A stretch of DNA of 64,000 nucleotides from a virus, in the IMG/VR virus record IMGVR_UViG_3300032288_005197, positions 21,561 to 85,560 of that record; one strand, 5' to 3'. The translations under genes were made by a program, and so were the position numbers. The notes below the pieces were generated by a model. It was given only the letters and a program-made list of their open reading frames with translations. It was not told the DNA's origin and ran no database searches. The number at the start of each line of letters is the position of its first letter. The stretch's first letter is position 1. Below are positions 39,701-47,734 of this stretch, piece by piece.

Positions 39701-39933
39701 CCTTGCTCTTTCATTAGATGTTGAGGTAGTTCCGATTCATTGAACGCTCGACATAGCCCAAAGTGGATCCATCGATTAATGAAATCGGTTGAATACTCGT
39801 TGGCATCAGTAATGACCTTTCCTTTGATTGGGTCAGATGATGCCTTAACAATCCTTTCCTGACGTTTGCCTTCCGCAAACACAAGAACCATTCCTTTTTT
39901 CAGTTTCATTTGTATTAGTGTTTTCTGATCCAA
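39697..39933 (-). CDS. Hypothetical protein
   Basis: Coupled ORF; start may be the second Met. Confidence 0.5.
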   Translation of the reverse strand: MDQKTLIQMKLKKGMVLVFAEGKRQERIVKASSDPIKGKVITDANEYSTDFINRWIHFGLCRAFNESELPQHLMKEQG

Positions 39934-40033
39934 AATACAATCTTCTAACCTTCTCTCCTAGTTCCATGTCATTTGGAATCGTTTGGATAAGCTCAATAAC
40001 TTTTTTGCTGAAGACTTCGTCGATTTTGCTCAT
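39845..40033 (-). CDS. Hypothetical protein
   Basis: PNDMELGEKVR motif. Confidence 0.55.
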   Translation of the reverse strand: MSKIDEVFSKKVIELIQTIPNDMELGEKVRRLYFGSENTNTNETEKRNGSCVCGRQTSGKDC

Positions 40034-40061
40034 AGTTTAATCGATTATTTTATGCAATATT

Positions 40062-40265
40062 TTACCCAAATTTTGCAATACTTTTATATTTCTTTTTAAT
40101 ATCGTCGATCTCTTTCATGGCCTCGTTAAACTTATCCTTGATCTCATCGTTAACTGTAAAATCCAATATCGTTTGACAGTTAGGACAGACTGAAACTGGA
40201 TGTTTCATTATGAATTGTAGGTCTATGCCTAGGGGTGTTCTGCATGCTGGACAAGGTAATGCCAT
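40062..40265 (-). CDS. Zinc-ribbon protein
   Basis: CPAC...CPNC followed by a helix; follows the DUF2589-like pair. Confidence 0.65.
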   Translation of the reverse strand: MALPCPACRTPLGIDLQFIMKHPVSVCPNCQTILDFTVNDEIKDKFNEAMKEIDDIKKKYKSIAKFG

Positions 40266-40266
40266 A

Positions 40267-40980
40267 CTAAGAAGTTTTGTCAGTATGACTTACATCATCT
40301 AATTTTTGAATCAACATTTCGACTAATCGAGAAACGGCTTCCGGCTTTTCGTCCTTCTTGAATTTAACTTTCACAGTTGCCATACCTGCTTTACTTTCTG
40401 AATTTGGTGCATTACTGTCAACTGCAATATTAGTTACAGTATGAGTGTAATCCGACGCAGTTGAGACTCCAAGTAGTTTACAAGTTGCATCATCCGCTTC
40501 TCCAGTTTGAGGTATCTTGTGTTTTGCTTGGTAAATCTTTAGGGCTTCTCTACATTTAGGCCCAATCACTCCATCCACTCCGTTCTTGTTGGCTCCAGTT
40601 TTTCCAAGTAAAGTCTTATAAGGCTCTCCCAGTTTAACTAGGGCTTCTTGAACTCCACGGATAGTTTGAACCTCAATCTTCTTAAATATGGGTAAAACAT
40701 TTTCTTTAAGACTCGATGGAGTCCTATCGTCTGAAGCTAACAACCTAATATCGAAATTAATATCGAGTTCTTCTAGTCCCATTGAAGAATGGTCAGCTAG
40801 AATGTAGAGAGGAATGTCTATCTCCTTATCGCCGATTAGAAATTTTTTAGTAAGTGGTGTACCGTCCGGCGTAAAGTACTTTGAAATAGTATTTATGTGT
40901 TGTCTTTCCTGAATACCGAGAACGATTAATGCTGCTTCTTGTAGACCTCCCAGTAATTCTTCTAGATTAATTTTAGCCAT
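40267..40980 (-). CDS. DUF2589-like protein with an inserted peptidoglycan-binding domain
   Basis: IPLYILADH..M.LEELDI.F and PEAVSRLVE flank VQEALVKLG...VDGVIGPKCREALKIYQAKHKIPQTGEAD. Confidence 0.65.
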   Translation of the reverse strand: MAKINLEELLGGLQEAALIVLGIQERQHINTISKYFTPDGTPLTKKFLIGDKEIDIPLYILADHSSMGLEELDINFDIRLLASDDRTPSSLKENVLPIFKKIEVQTIRGVQEALVKLGEPYKTLLGKTGANKNGVDGVIGPKCREALKIYQAKHKIPQTGEADDATCKLLGVSTASDYTHTVTNIAVDSNAPNSESKAGMATVKVKFKKDEKPEAVSRLVEMLIQKLDDVSHTDKTS

Positions 40981-41032
40981 AGGTATGCGATTTTATTAAA
41001 AATTATACTAATTAAGTGCAATTGGTTTAAAC

Positions 41033-41061
41033 AAAAAGAGACCAGCTAAACTGGTCTCTTT
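41033..41061. terminator. Intrinsic terminator
   Basis: AAAGAGACCAG-ctaaa-CTGGTCTCTTT. Confidence 0.8.
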
Positions 41062-41084
41062 ATGATTTAATATCAAACTATCGA

Positions 41085-41681
41085 TTACTTAGTTGGATCA
41101 ACAGTAAGAGGAATTAAAGAAGGCTCTAACATTTGAGTCAAATAGTCAGAAAGCTTCAACATACCTTCAGTTGCAGGTAACTGCTCAGCGTGAACTTTTA
41201 CGTTATACTTTGCTGAGTTATCCGTGCTACGAGTGTTCTCTTTGTGAGTTGCAACTTTACCAGCCATGCTCACCGAGTATTTCATACCCCAGAATCCGCC
41301 AGACGCAGAAGCTGAAAAAGATCCCTCTTTGTCTTCGCTTGATTTATCTACTTCTGAAGTTTTTACTTCCATCGTGAATTCGATATCAGCTGAAGTGATA
41401 GCCAATGAAGGAAGTGGAACCAAAGGTAACATAGGAACCTTTGAGTATAGAGTTTGAACTGATTGTTCACCAGTCGTACCGTCAGTAACAACGCGGTTCA
41501 TTTGGACGTCCAAAGAACGAGCTTCAGTTTTACCTTCGTCATTTTTTACGAATGCAACCTCAGAGATATATTTCCAAGTTACATCGTTTAGTTTTGCCTG
41601 ACCTTTGGCCATGCCTACAATTGGAGATACTATTAGATCTTCAATCGGTAATCCAGCAAATTGTTGTGCTATGTCTGCCAT
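41085..41681 (-). CDS. DUF2589-like protein
   Basis: F.GLPIEDLI.SP....AKGQ..L, VPMLPLVPLPSLAI....I.F.MEV, STDNSAKY.V.V.A.Q.P..EG. Confidence 0.75.
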   Translation of the reverse strand: MADIAQQFAGLPIEDLIVSPIVGMAKGQAKLNDVTWKYISEVAFVKNDEGKTEARSLDVQMNRVVTDGTTGEQSVQTLYSKVPMLPLVPLPSLAITSADIEFTMEVKTSEVDKSSEDKEGSFSASASGGFWGMKYSVSMAGKVATHKENTRSTDNSAKYNVKVHAEQLPATEGMLKLSDYLTQMLEPSLIPLTVDPTK

Positions 41682-41761
41682 TATTCTTGATTTTTTTATT
41701 ATTTATCTAGGCAGTCTACTCCGAGTCGATGAAAATTACAGCTTGTTAATATTCAGTTAAT

Positions 41762-41838
41762 TGGTACACCCGGAGAGATTCGAACTCCCAACCCCTTCGT
41801 CCGTAGCGAAGTGCTCTAATCCGTTGAGCTACGGGTGC
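41762..41838 (-). tRNA. tRNA-Arg(ACG)
   Basis: Cloverleaf; anticodon arm CTTCG-CT-ACG-GA-CGAAG; encoded CCA. Confidence 0.95.
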
Positions 41839-41843
41839 AAAAT

Positions 41844-41920
41844 TGGTGATCCCGACAGGGCTCGAACCTGTAACCCCCAGCTTAGAAGGCTGGTGCTCTA
41901 TCCAGTTGAGCTACGGGACC
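41844..41920 (-). tRNA. tRNA-Arg(TCT)
   Basis: Anticodon arm CCAGC-CT-TCT-AA-GCTGG; encoded CCA. Confidence 0.95.
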
Positions 41921-41943
41921 ATTTTTTGTTATTATACTAAATC

Positions 41944-42032
41944 TGGCGGAGAGCGGAGGGATCGAACCTCATACGTTTTACCGTACGTCGCGCTTAGCAG
42001 GCGGACCCACTCGCCGTTGTGGATCACTCTCC
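41944..42032 (-). tRNA. tRNA-Ser(GCT)
   Basis: GGAGAG acceptor, CT-GCT-AA loop, long variable arm, GCCA end; C:C mismatch in the anticodon stem. Confidence 0.85.
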
Positions 42033-42033
42033 A

Positions 42034-42121
42034 TGGTACCTCAGGCCGGACTCGAACCGGCACGGACCTTACGGTCCACTAGATTTTAAGTCTAGCGTGG
42101 CTACCTTTACACCACTGAGGC
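42034..42121 (-). tRNA. tRNA-Leu(TAA)
   Basis: CTAGA-CT-TAA-AA-TCTAG, long variable arm, ACCA end. Confidence 0.95.
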
Positions 42122-42126
42122 ATTCG

Positions 42127-42207
42127 TACCCAGAGTCGGACTCGAACCGACACGTCTTTCGACACTAGTTCCTAAGACTAGCGCGGCTACCATTACGCCA
42201 TCTGGGC
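42127..42207 (-). tRNA. tRNA-Leu(TAG), no encoded CCA
   Basis: CTAGT-CT-TAG-GA-ACTAG; ends ...GGGTA-CGA. Confidence 0.92.
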
Positions 42208-42210
42208 AGA

Positions 42211-42288
42211 TGGGGTGACCGATGGGAATCGAACCCACGACCTCTTGAACCACAATCAAGCGCTCTAACCAACTGAGCTACGGCCAAC
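42211..42288 (-). tRNA. tRNA-His(GTG)
   Basis: CTTGA-TT-GTG-GT-TCAAG; G-1 and C73-CCA. Confidence 0.92.
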
Positions 42289-42289
42289 G

Positions 42290-42372
42290 CGGAAGAAGAG
42301 GGAATCGAACCCCCAAGGCTTTTACACCCAGCTGTTTTCAAGACAGTTTCCTCGTCCATTCGGACTCCTTCC
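42290..42372 (-). tRNA. tRNA-Ser(TGA), no encoded CCA
   Basis: CTGT-CT-TGA-AA-ACAG, long variable arm, G73. Confidence 0.92.
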
Positions 42373-42381
42373 AATTTTTCG

Positions 42382-42451
42382 AGGTCAGTGTTGGAATCGA
42401 ACCAACTCCGCAGATTTTGCAGACCTGCCGGCCTCCACGACCGAACTGACC
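42382..42451 (-). tRNA. tRNA-Cys(GCA), no encoded CCA
   Basis: GCAGGT-CT-GCA-AA-ATCTGC region, GTTCGATTCC T-arm, U73; short D-arm. Confidence 0.85.
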
Positions 42452-42488
42452 AAAAACAAAAAAGGCTTAAACGTTAGTCTAAGCCTTT
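42452..42488 (-). terminator. Intrinsic terminator (attenuator) directly upstream of the tRNA array
   Basis: AAAGGCTTAGAC-taac-GTTTAAGCCTTT followed by TTTGTTTTT, ending at the 5' base of tRNA-Cys. Confidence 0.85.
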
Positions 42489-42527
42489 ATCTGTAATAGT
42501 TCCTTACTTTACATCACGGCTTAGACT
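42476..42527 (-). promoter_or_regulatory. Antiterminator helix
   Basis: AGTCTAAGCC in leader codons 20-23 (42518-42527) is perfectly complementary to GGCTTAGACT in the terminator 5' arm (42476-42485). Confidence 0.8.
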
Positions 42528-42585
42528 TGTCAAGACTTAGTCTTAACGAGCGTAAACAAAGTGAATGTAAAGATAGTGTTTTCAT
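42514..42585 (-). CDS. Attenuator leader peptide MKTLSLHSLCLRSLRLSLDKSKP
   Basis: ATG AAA ACA CTA TCT TTA CAT TCA CTT TGT TTA CGC TCG TTA AGA CTA AGT CTT GAC AAG TCT AAG CCG TGA, directly after the promoter-like GTATATTA. Confidence 0.8.
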   Translation of the reverse strand: MKTLSLHSLCLRSLRLSLDKSKP

Positions 42586-42619
42586 GCTAATAATATACTA
42601 TAAAAGTGGTATTCGGTTT

Positions 42620-43402
42620 TTATTTATCTTTTCTTTTTGCTAATTTTCGTTTAACCGCTTCTCTGGTTGATTCCATCTTCTTTGCATACGACGGATTCTT
42701 TCTCTTGTTGAAGTTGATTTGTTGGTTTAGCGAACCTGTGATCTTTTGCATATTACCACCCCTAGTACGGATTAACCAGTCAGCGAGTTTTTGAACTCCA
42801 AGTTCCTTGAATTTACCCTTTGCATCGGGTGCATCACTGTGATGAAACTTAAGTTTCTTCTTTTCTGATACATCATCATCCTCTTCTTCATCATCCCAAC
42901 GATCGTACTGTTCAGCAAGCTTATTACTAATGATTTCCCTAATTTTATCGAAATATCCAGCCATATCTTCGTATCCTATGATCGCATTCATTGCCAGATC
43001 AATCTCTTCTGCAACCTCGTCAGTTTGCATTGAACTAGGATCCCCATTTTGGAAAAACCAACCCCAATCTAGATCGTCTAGCTCGAATGTTTCCCAAAGA
43101 TCTAGGTCCTTTTGGTTGATGGACCCTTCTGCTTTAATCGTTGAATTATCGAAATCTATTGAAATCGTGATCTCATTCCAAAATTTTCTTGTAACATCCT
43201 GGTACTTTTCAGAATCTATTCCATAATCATCAAGGTTCATGTCCCATTCTGCTACAAGTTTGAGCACGCTACCTTCAACTGCGCCATTGAATCTTTTTGC
43301 TAACTGATCAAGATCAATCGAGCTAAATCCCATCGATCTAAGTTCAGCTGAGTCGTCATTGCTTAGATTTTCAATTACGAATTGTTTAAATGTCTTTATC
43401 AT
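42620..43402 (-). CDS. Hypothetical late protein with capsid-targeting motif
   Basis: MIKTFKQFVIEN, AELRSMGF; basic C-terminal module. Confidence 0.7.
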   Translation of the reverse strand: MIKTFKQFVIENLSNDDSAELRSMGFSSIDLDQLAKRFNGAVEGSVLKLVAEWDMNLDDYGIDSEKYQDVTRKFWNEITISIDFDNSTIKAEGSINQKDLDLWETFELDDLDWGWFFQNGDPSSMQTDEVAEEIDLAMNAIIGYEDMAGYFDKIREIISNKLAEQYDRWDDEEEDDDVSEKKKLKFHHSDAPDAKGKFKELGVQKLADWLIRTRGGNMQKITGSLNQQINFNKRKNPSYAKKMESTREAVKRKLAKRKDK

Positions 43403-43415
43403 AGTTTACTTATTT

Positions 43416-43988
43416 TTATCCAGGAAAGTGAGCGTACAGAGTGTCAACCTTTTCTCTGTAGCCCGGCGCGATTGTTATAAGCACGTCAGCCAGCAGCGAG
43501 TATAGAGAAACAAGTTCAGAGTACTCACGGTACTCACTAGTCGAGTTATCGTTTCTGAATAGTGCCATTACGTCAATCAAGATTTCCTCAAGCAGCTCAT
43601 AAATTTTTTCAGCATCAACCTTTGCCGCGAATTCCTCATCGGATTCAACGTACTCAGATTCGGTCTTTAAGTAATCATAGTAGTCTTGAGCAGAGTTCAA
43701 TAGCGACTGCAGATCAGCTTGAGTGTCTCTAACTTTATGAGATTCAATCTCACTCTTGTCAATCTTCTCGACTGAGAATAACGGAACGGTTGCTATGTTC
43801 TCTTTTGAGTTGTGCAGTTTTACCTTTGCATATTCTCCCTCAATTGCGACAACTTCTCCCATTCCTCTGTAGGATTTTACTGAATCTCCAACCTGAATGT
43901 TGTTTGGATTCGGCTCCTCTTTTCTGTCAGGTCGATAAGATATTTCGAAGTTGTCTTCGAAGTCCTCAAATAGTTTAATGTATTTCAT
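43416..43988 (-). CDS. Hypothetical late protein with SH3-like domain
   Basis: MKYIKLFEDF; IQVGDSVK..RGMGEVVAIEG. Confidence 0.7.
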   Translation of the reverse strand: MKYIKLFEDFEDNFEISYRPDRKEEPNPNNIQVGDSVKSYRGMGEVVAIEGEYAKVKLHNSKENIATVPLFSVEKIDKSEIESHKVRDTQADLQSLLNSAQDYYDYLKTESEYVESDEEFAAKVDAEKIYELLEEILIDVMALFRNDNSTSEYREYSELVSLYSLLADVLITIAPGYREKVDTLYAHFPG

Positions 43989-44385
43989 TGTATTTGATAA
44001 TTAATTCTCCCAATACTTCAATCGTACCGACTATCCTCTGAAATTCCATCTGTTTTAATTTAATGGCTTTAGTTGAACCGTCAATCGTCTTTAAGTGTTC
44101 GGCTAATTCTTTTTTTGCATCAGCGACGTCAAATTTCCCAGCCGCTGCTTTTTTATAGTAAGGAAATTTTACCTTAAAGTGTTGATACGTAAGTAGAGCG
44201 TCTCCGCCCTTTTCCTTTGCATTCTGTGCGATCTTTGAAGCACCGACTAGGCGAATCTTTGCAAATTCTTCCAATGATTCGTTTTTCTTTGCTTCATTGA
44301 TGACGAACTCCTGGAAGCTGAATTCTGTCTTTATTTCTGAGTTTCCTCTAAGTTTTTGGTGTAAATCCCAATTGATTATTGACAT
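43975..44385 (-). CDS. Hypothetical late protein
   Basis: FSFQEFVINE motif. Confidence 0.65.
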   Translation of the reverse strand: MSIINWDLHQKLRGNSEIKTEFSFQEFVINEAKKNESLEEFAKIRLVGASKIAQNAKEKGGDALLTYQHFKVKFPYYKKAAAGKFDVADAKKELAEHLKTIDGSTKAIKLKQMEFQRIVGTIEVLGELIIKYNEIH

Positions 44386-45626
44386 TATAATATATTTGCA
44401 TTTTTAGCCGCAGATTTGATCATATTGACCGTGAATTCAACTCTGTCTTCCTCAGGCTTTGCGGACTCCTTTCGGTTCTCAGAGTCTACCATGGACTTTA
44501 ACAGTTTATCAAGATCCACATTTGACTGTTTAGCTCCTCTACTCGCGTCTCTGAATATCTGCAAGCTACGAGCATCGATTTCTTTTTGCTTGGCCTTTTT
44601 TGCTTTTAACTTTTCAGCGGCAGCCTTTGAGCGTTCTTCCTTTTGTTCTGGAGAATCCTCAGCCCTTCCACTGTACTTAAGTAGAGAGTATGTTGAAATG
44701 TATTTTGCGTAATCCTTTAAATTTTCGTCTGTAAGCTTTGCAGCGATGTTATCAATGATTCCCTTTAGTGTAGTTCCACCGACTAGCATATCGTCAACTA
44801 CCATGAAATATGGAGTTCCTGCAGTGATCACACTACTAATCTTATTATAATTAGGATTTCTCATCAACTCTTGATAGGCTTCAGCCGATGATTTGAATGC
44901 ATTAATTATGTAATCATCAACATGGTGCCCAGGATTCAAGAGACGTCTTGATCCTGACCTAAGTCCTGATGACTTCTTAATGAACCCTGTAAAATCAGTG
45001 CTCTGTGAAGTTTTAGAGTTTTCCATTCCCGGCCATTCCTGAATCGGTTGGCCTGTGCGTTTTGACCAAGCCATTGCGGCTGGACCGTTCCAATATCCAG
45101 CAACGTGATTCTTTAGATAAGAATCTAATTGCTCTCTTGTAATAGTATCTGCTTTTGCATAGGCTTCCCAATTAACGATTGCTAATGGGTCTGCGTAAAA
45201 ACGTTTCATCACGTCTATTACTTTTGCATTAGGATAGTAAAGTTCTTTGATTGTGTTAGCTATTCTAAGCGCCAACGGAGAAGATGATCCAGCTGGAATG
45301 ATAACGTCGACTTTTCGACCTACTAGGTTGGCTGGATAGGTTAATTCAATCAACCTAGTTAGCTCTTCATCGGTTACTGCATCAGGTTTCTTAAGAGCAT
45401 CCATTAGTTGGACTTTTGTTGCTCCGTCCGCCCTTTCCATAGCGTATCCACTGTACATTGCTACCTTCGCGTCAGCTACTTTATAATTAGTGGATTCTGC
45501 AGGTTTTGCACTAGCCAATTTGACAATATCGTCAGGCGAATCTGAATCAAAATCTATGCTCGGTCTTCCGTTAACGAGTTTAATACCCTCAGTTAAAAAC
45601 TGGGAAAAATTCATCAAATGCTTCAT
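44385..45626 (-). CDS. Type I phosphoribosyltransferase-fold protein with capsid-targeting motif
   Basis: VVDDMLVGGTTL PRPP-binding loop; IIPAGSSSPL; MKHLMNFSQFLTE start; late motif at 45631-45638. Confidence 0.65.
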   Translation of the reverse strand: MKHLMNFSQFLTEGIKLVNGRPSIDFDSDSPDDIVKLASAKPAESTNYKVADAKVAMYSGYAMERADGATKVQLMDALKKPDAVTDEELTRLIELTYPANLVGRKVDVIIPAGSSSPLALRIANTIKELYYPNAKVIDVMKRFYADPLAIVNWEAYAKADTITREQLDSYLKNHVAGYWNGPAAMAWSKRTGQPIQEWPGMENSKTSQSTDFTGFIKKSSGLRSGSRRLLNPGHHVDDYIINAFKSSAEAYQELMRNPNYNKISSVITAGTPYFMVVDDMLVGGTTLKGIIDNIAAKLTDENLKDYAKYISTYSLLKYSGRAEDSPEQKEERSKAAAEKLKAKKAKQKEIDARSLQIFRDASRGAKQSNVDLDKLLKSMVDSENRKESAKPEEDRVEFTVNMIKSAAKNANIL

Positions 45627-45630
45627 AGAG

Positions 45631-47367
45631 TTATTTATACTCTATTCGGATCCTTGACTTAAATTCTTGTGGAAATTGATCGCCTGCGGACTTCATGAGA
45701 TCCGCAAAGCACCCGTCCAAGAAATAGGTCACTGCCCAATCTTCCGGAGTTCTAATCGATCGACCGACTCCTTGCAAAACTGCAATAGAGGTCTTCCAGT
45801 TGTACCATTTTTGACTGTACTCCAGCTTTGCAGCAACGTACTTATCGCCAAGGTGAGGATACGGCACCTTTAGGAATATTTGGAATCTGCTATGATCATC
45901 GACCATGTTCAGACCCTCTAGAATGGAAGGCCCCATTAGGACCATGCCCTTCTTTTTAATCATTTTCTTTAGCGCAAGTTCCTTTTCTCCTGAGCCTTTA
46001 TAGAGCAGAATGCGTTTCTTAACATCCTTGGGAAGACCGTTAAAAATCTTAGTATTCAATTCATACGAACCTGAATGGATGATCCCAGAGTCCTCAGAGT
46101 GCTCACGAATGATTCTGGTCACAGTATCGATTGCCCATTGTAAATTATCGTTCAAGAATCTAGCTGACATTTTCTTACCCGGGTAAAAAATAATTGGAGA
46201 TCTCTCCCAGTTGAAGTGACTTTCGATCTTGAAGTACTTGGCCTTCTTGATTCCATGATTTCTCATGAAGTCTCCGGCACTACCCATCGTAGCCGTCATC
46301 AATAATTTGAATCCAAATTTCGTAAAGAAGTGCTTTTGTAGCAGGTAGTACTCATCAATGCAGTTAAAAGTGATTGATTTCTCTCCGGGGTTCTTCACAA
46401 GCTTTTCAAGGCCGACCTTGTCAATAATATCGCAGTAATCTTCCAACTTACAGTGGACGTCCTTCACCCAATCTGCTAAGTTAAAAACTGCAAGCCATTC
46501 TAGTGGAATGTTCTCCTCTACGAATTCTTCACCTGCGTTTTCTCTAAGAGGAGCAGCCGACTGCACAAGCACAGATAGTAACTTAGTGACCTCTCTTAAA
46601 AGTTTAAGTAGGGTCGAGTGATCCTCATGCTCGTAAATCAGGTTAATTGCTCTCTCTAATCTCTTAAAATTAACATCTGGTGCTTTTTTACCAATGTCCT
46701 CAAGGCCTTCGGCCAGCTTTTGAGCCTTGCTAACTATTTCAATTGAAACTATTGGGCTAAAATGGCTCTGTACAATGTCTAGAAGCTTGTGAGCCTCATC
46801 ACAGACGACAAAATCTCTTTGCGGAAAAGGCGAGCCTCTTCCAGTACCCTGCTGTTGGGCCTCAACGTAATTTCTTTGAATCAGAGCATAGGGATAGGTA
46901 AGTAGAGCAATAGGCGATTTAATAGCCTTTTTACGTGAGGTTAAGTAGCCGCAGTGCTTAAAGCAAGGCAAAGATTCCGCTGCTTCATAGGTTGTGCCCT
47001 TGTTCTTACACTCACCAACTGAGAATTTCTCACCATTCACCGCACATGTGTAATTATCAACTCCCTTGATGTTGCCCCAATTCCAGAGCTGCATTTTACG
47101 AAAGTCCTTTACGTACTGTTCATGCAAAGAAAGATCAGACGCTAAGATGTAGCCTCGATTACCCTTGAATGCCAAAAAATCCGCGAACAACATTGCAATA
47201 ACTGACTTACCTGAACCGGTTGGAGCATCAAGTAGATAGATTCCGTTTGGATCCTCCTCATAGGCTTCAATAATATCAATGATTGCCTCTTGCTGTTGCG
47301 GTCTGAACTCCAATCCTGGATGCTTGCCCTTCACGAACTGTTCAAACTCTGCTTTTAGTTTACCCAT
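45631..47367 (-). CDS. DinG/YoaA-family helicase
   Basis: FRPQQ, DAPTGSGKS, DEAH, MTAT, EGLN, KVPYP, QGVGRSIR..EDW. Confidence 0.9.
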   Translation of the reverse strand: MGKLKAEFEQFVKGKHPGLEFRPQQQEAIIDIIEAYEEDPNGIYLLDAPTGSGKSVIAMLFADFLAFKGNRGYILASDLSLHEQYVKDFRKMQLWNWGNIKGVDNYTCAVNGEKFSVGECKNKGTTYEAAESLPCFKHCGYLTSRKKAIKSPIALLTYPYALIQRNYVEAQQQGTGRGSPFPQRDFVVCDEAHKLLDIVQSHFSPIVSIEIVSKAQKLAEGLEDIGKKAPDVNFKRLERAINLIYEHEDHSTLLKLLREVTKLLSVLVQSAAPLRENAGEEFVEENIPLEWLAVFNLADWVKDVHCKLEDYCDIIDKVGLEKLVKNPGEKSITFNCIDEYYLLQKHFFTKFGFKLLMTATMGSAGDFMRNHGIKKAKYFKIESHFNWERSPIIFYPGKKMSARFLNDNLQWAIDTVTRIIREHSEDSGIIHSGSYELNTKIFNGLPKDVKKRILLYKGSGEKELALKKMIKKKGMVLMGPSILEGLNMVDDHSRFQIFLKVPYPHLGDKYVAAKLEYSQKWYNWKTSIAVLQGVGRSIRTPEDWAVTYFLDGCFADLMKSAGDQFPQEFKSRIRIEYK

Positions 47368-47731
47368 TTTTCAATTCTACCGCTTTTATTAATAAACTTG
47401 CCGTTGCGTAGTTGGTTGCAATCGGAATGTTGTGAACGTTACATAAGCGCAACAGCATTTGCACATCGACCTCATGCGGATGTGATGAAAGCGGATCGAT
47501 GAAGAAGATTACTCCGTCCACCTTGCCTTCCACTAGCTCTGCTGCGATCTGCGCATCTCCGCCCTGAGGGCCTGAGAATTTTCTTTGTACGCTAAGCCCT
47601 GCATGTTCAATGTGAGCGCCGGTCGTTCCAGTCGCAACGATGCTATGCTGCTTAAAAAATTCAAGGCGTTTCATGATGAATGCCACCATGTCCGCCTTTT
47701 TATTATCATGTGATATTACTGCTATTCTCAT
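47360..47731 (-). CDS. mgsA: Methylglyoxal synthase
   Basis: IAVISHDNKK, ATGTTG, SGPQGGDAQI, FFIDPL...PHEVDV..LLRLC.V.NIP.ATN. Confidence 0.92.
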   Translation of the reverse strand: MRIAVISHDNKKADMVAFIMKRLEFFKQHSIVATGTTGAHIEHAGLSVQRKFSGPQGGDAQIAAELVEGKVDGVIFFIDPLSSHPHEVDVQMLLRLCNVHNIPIATNYATASLLIKAVELKNG

Positions 47732-47734
47732 ATT

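Noticed and set aside
41843-42374. ORF-track entries 41843-42082 (+) and 42165-42374 (-)
   Set aside because: They lie wholly over tRNA genes and are shadow frames.
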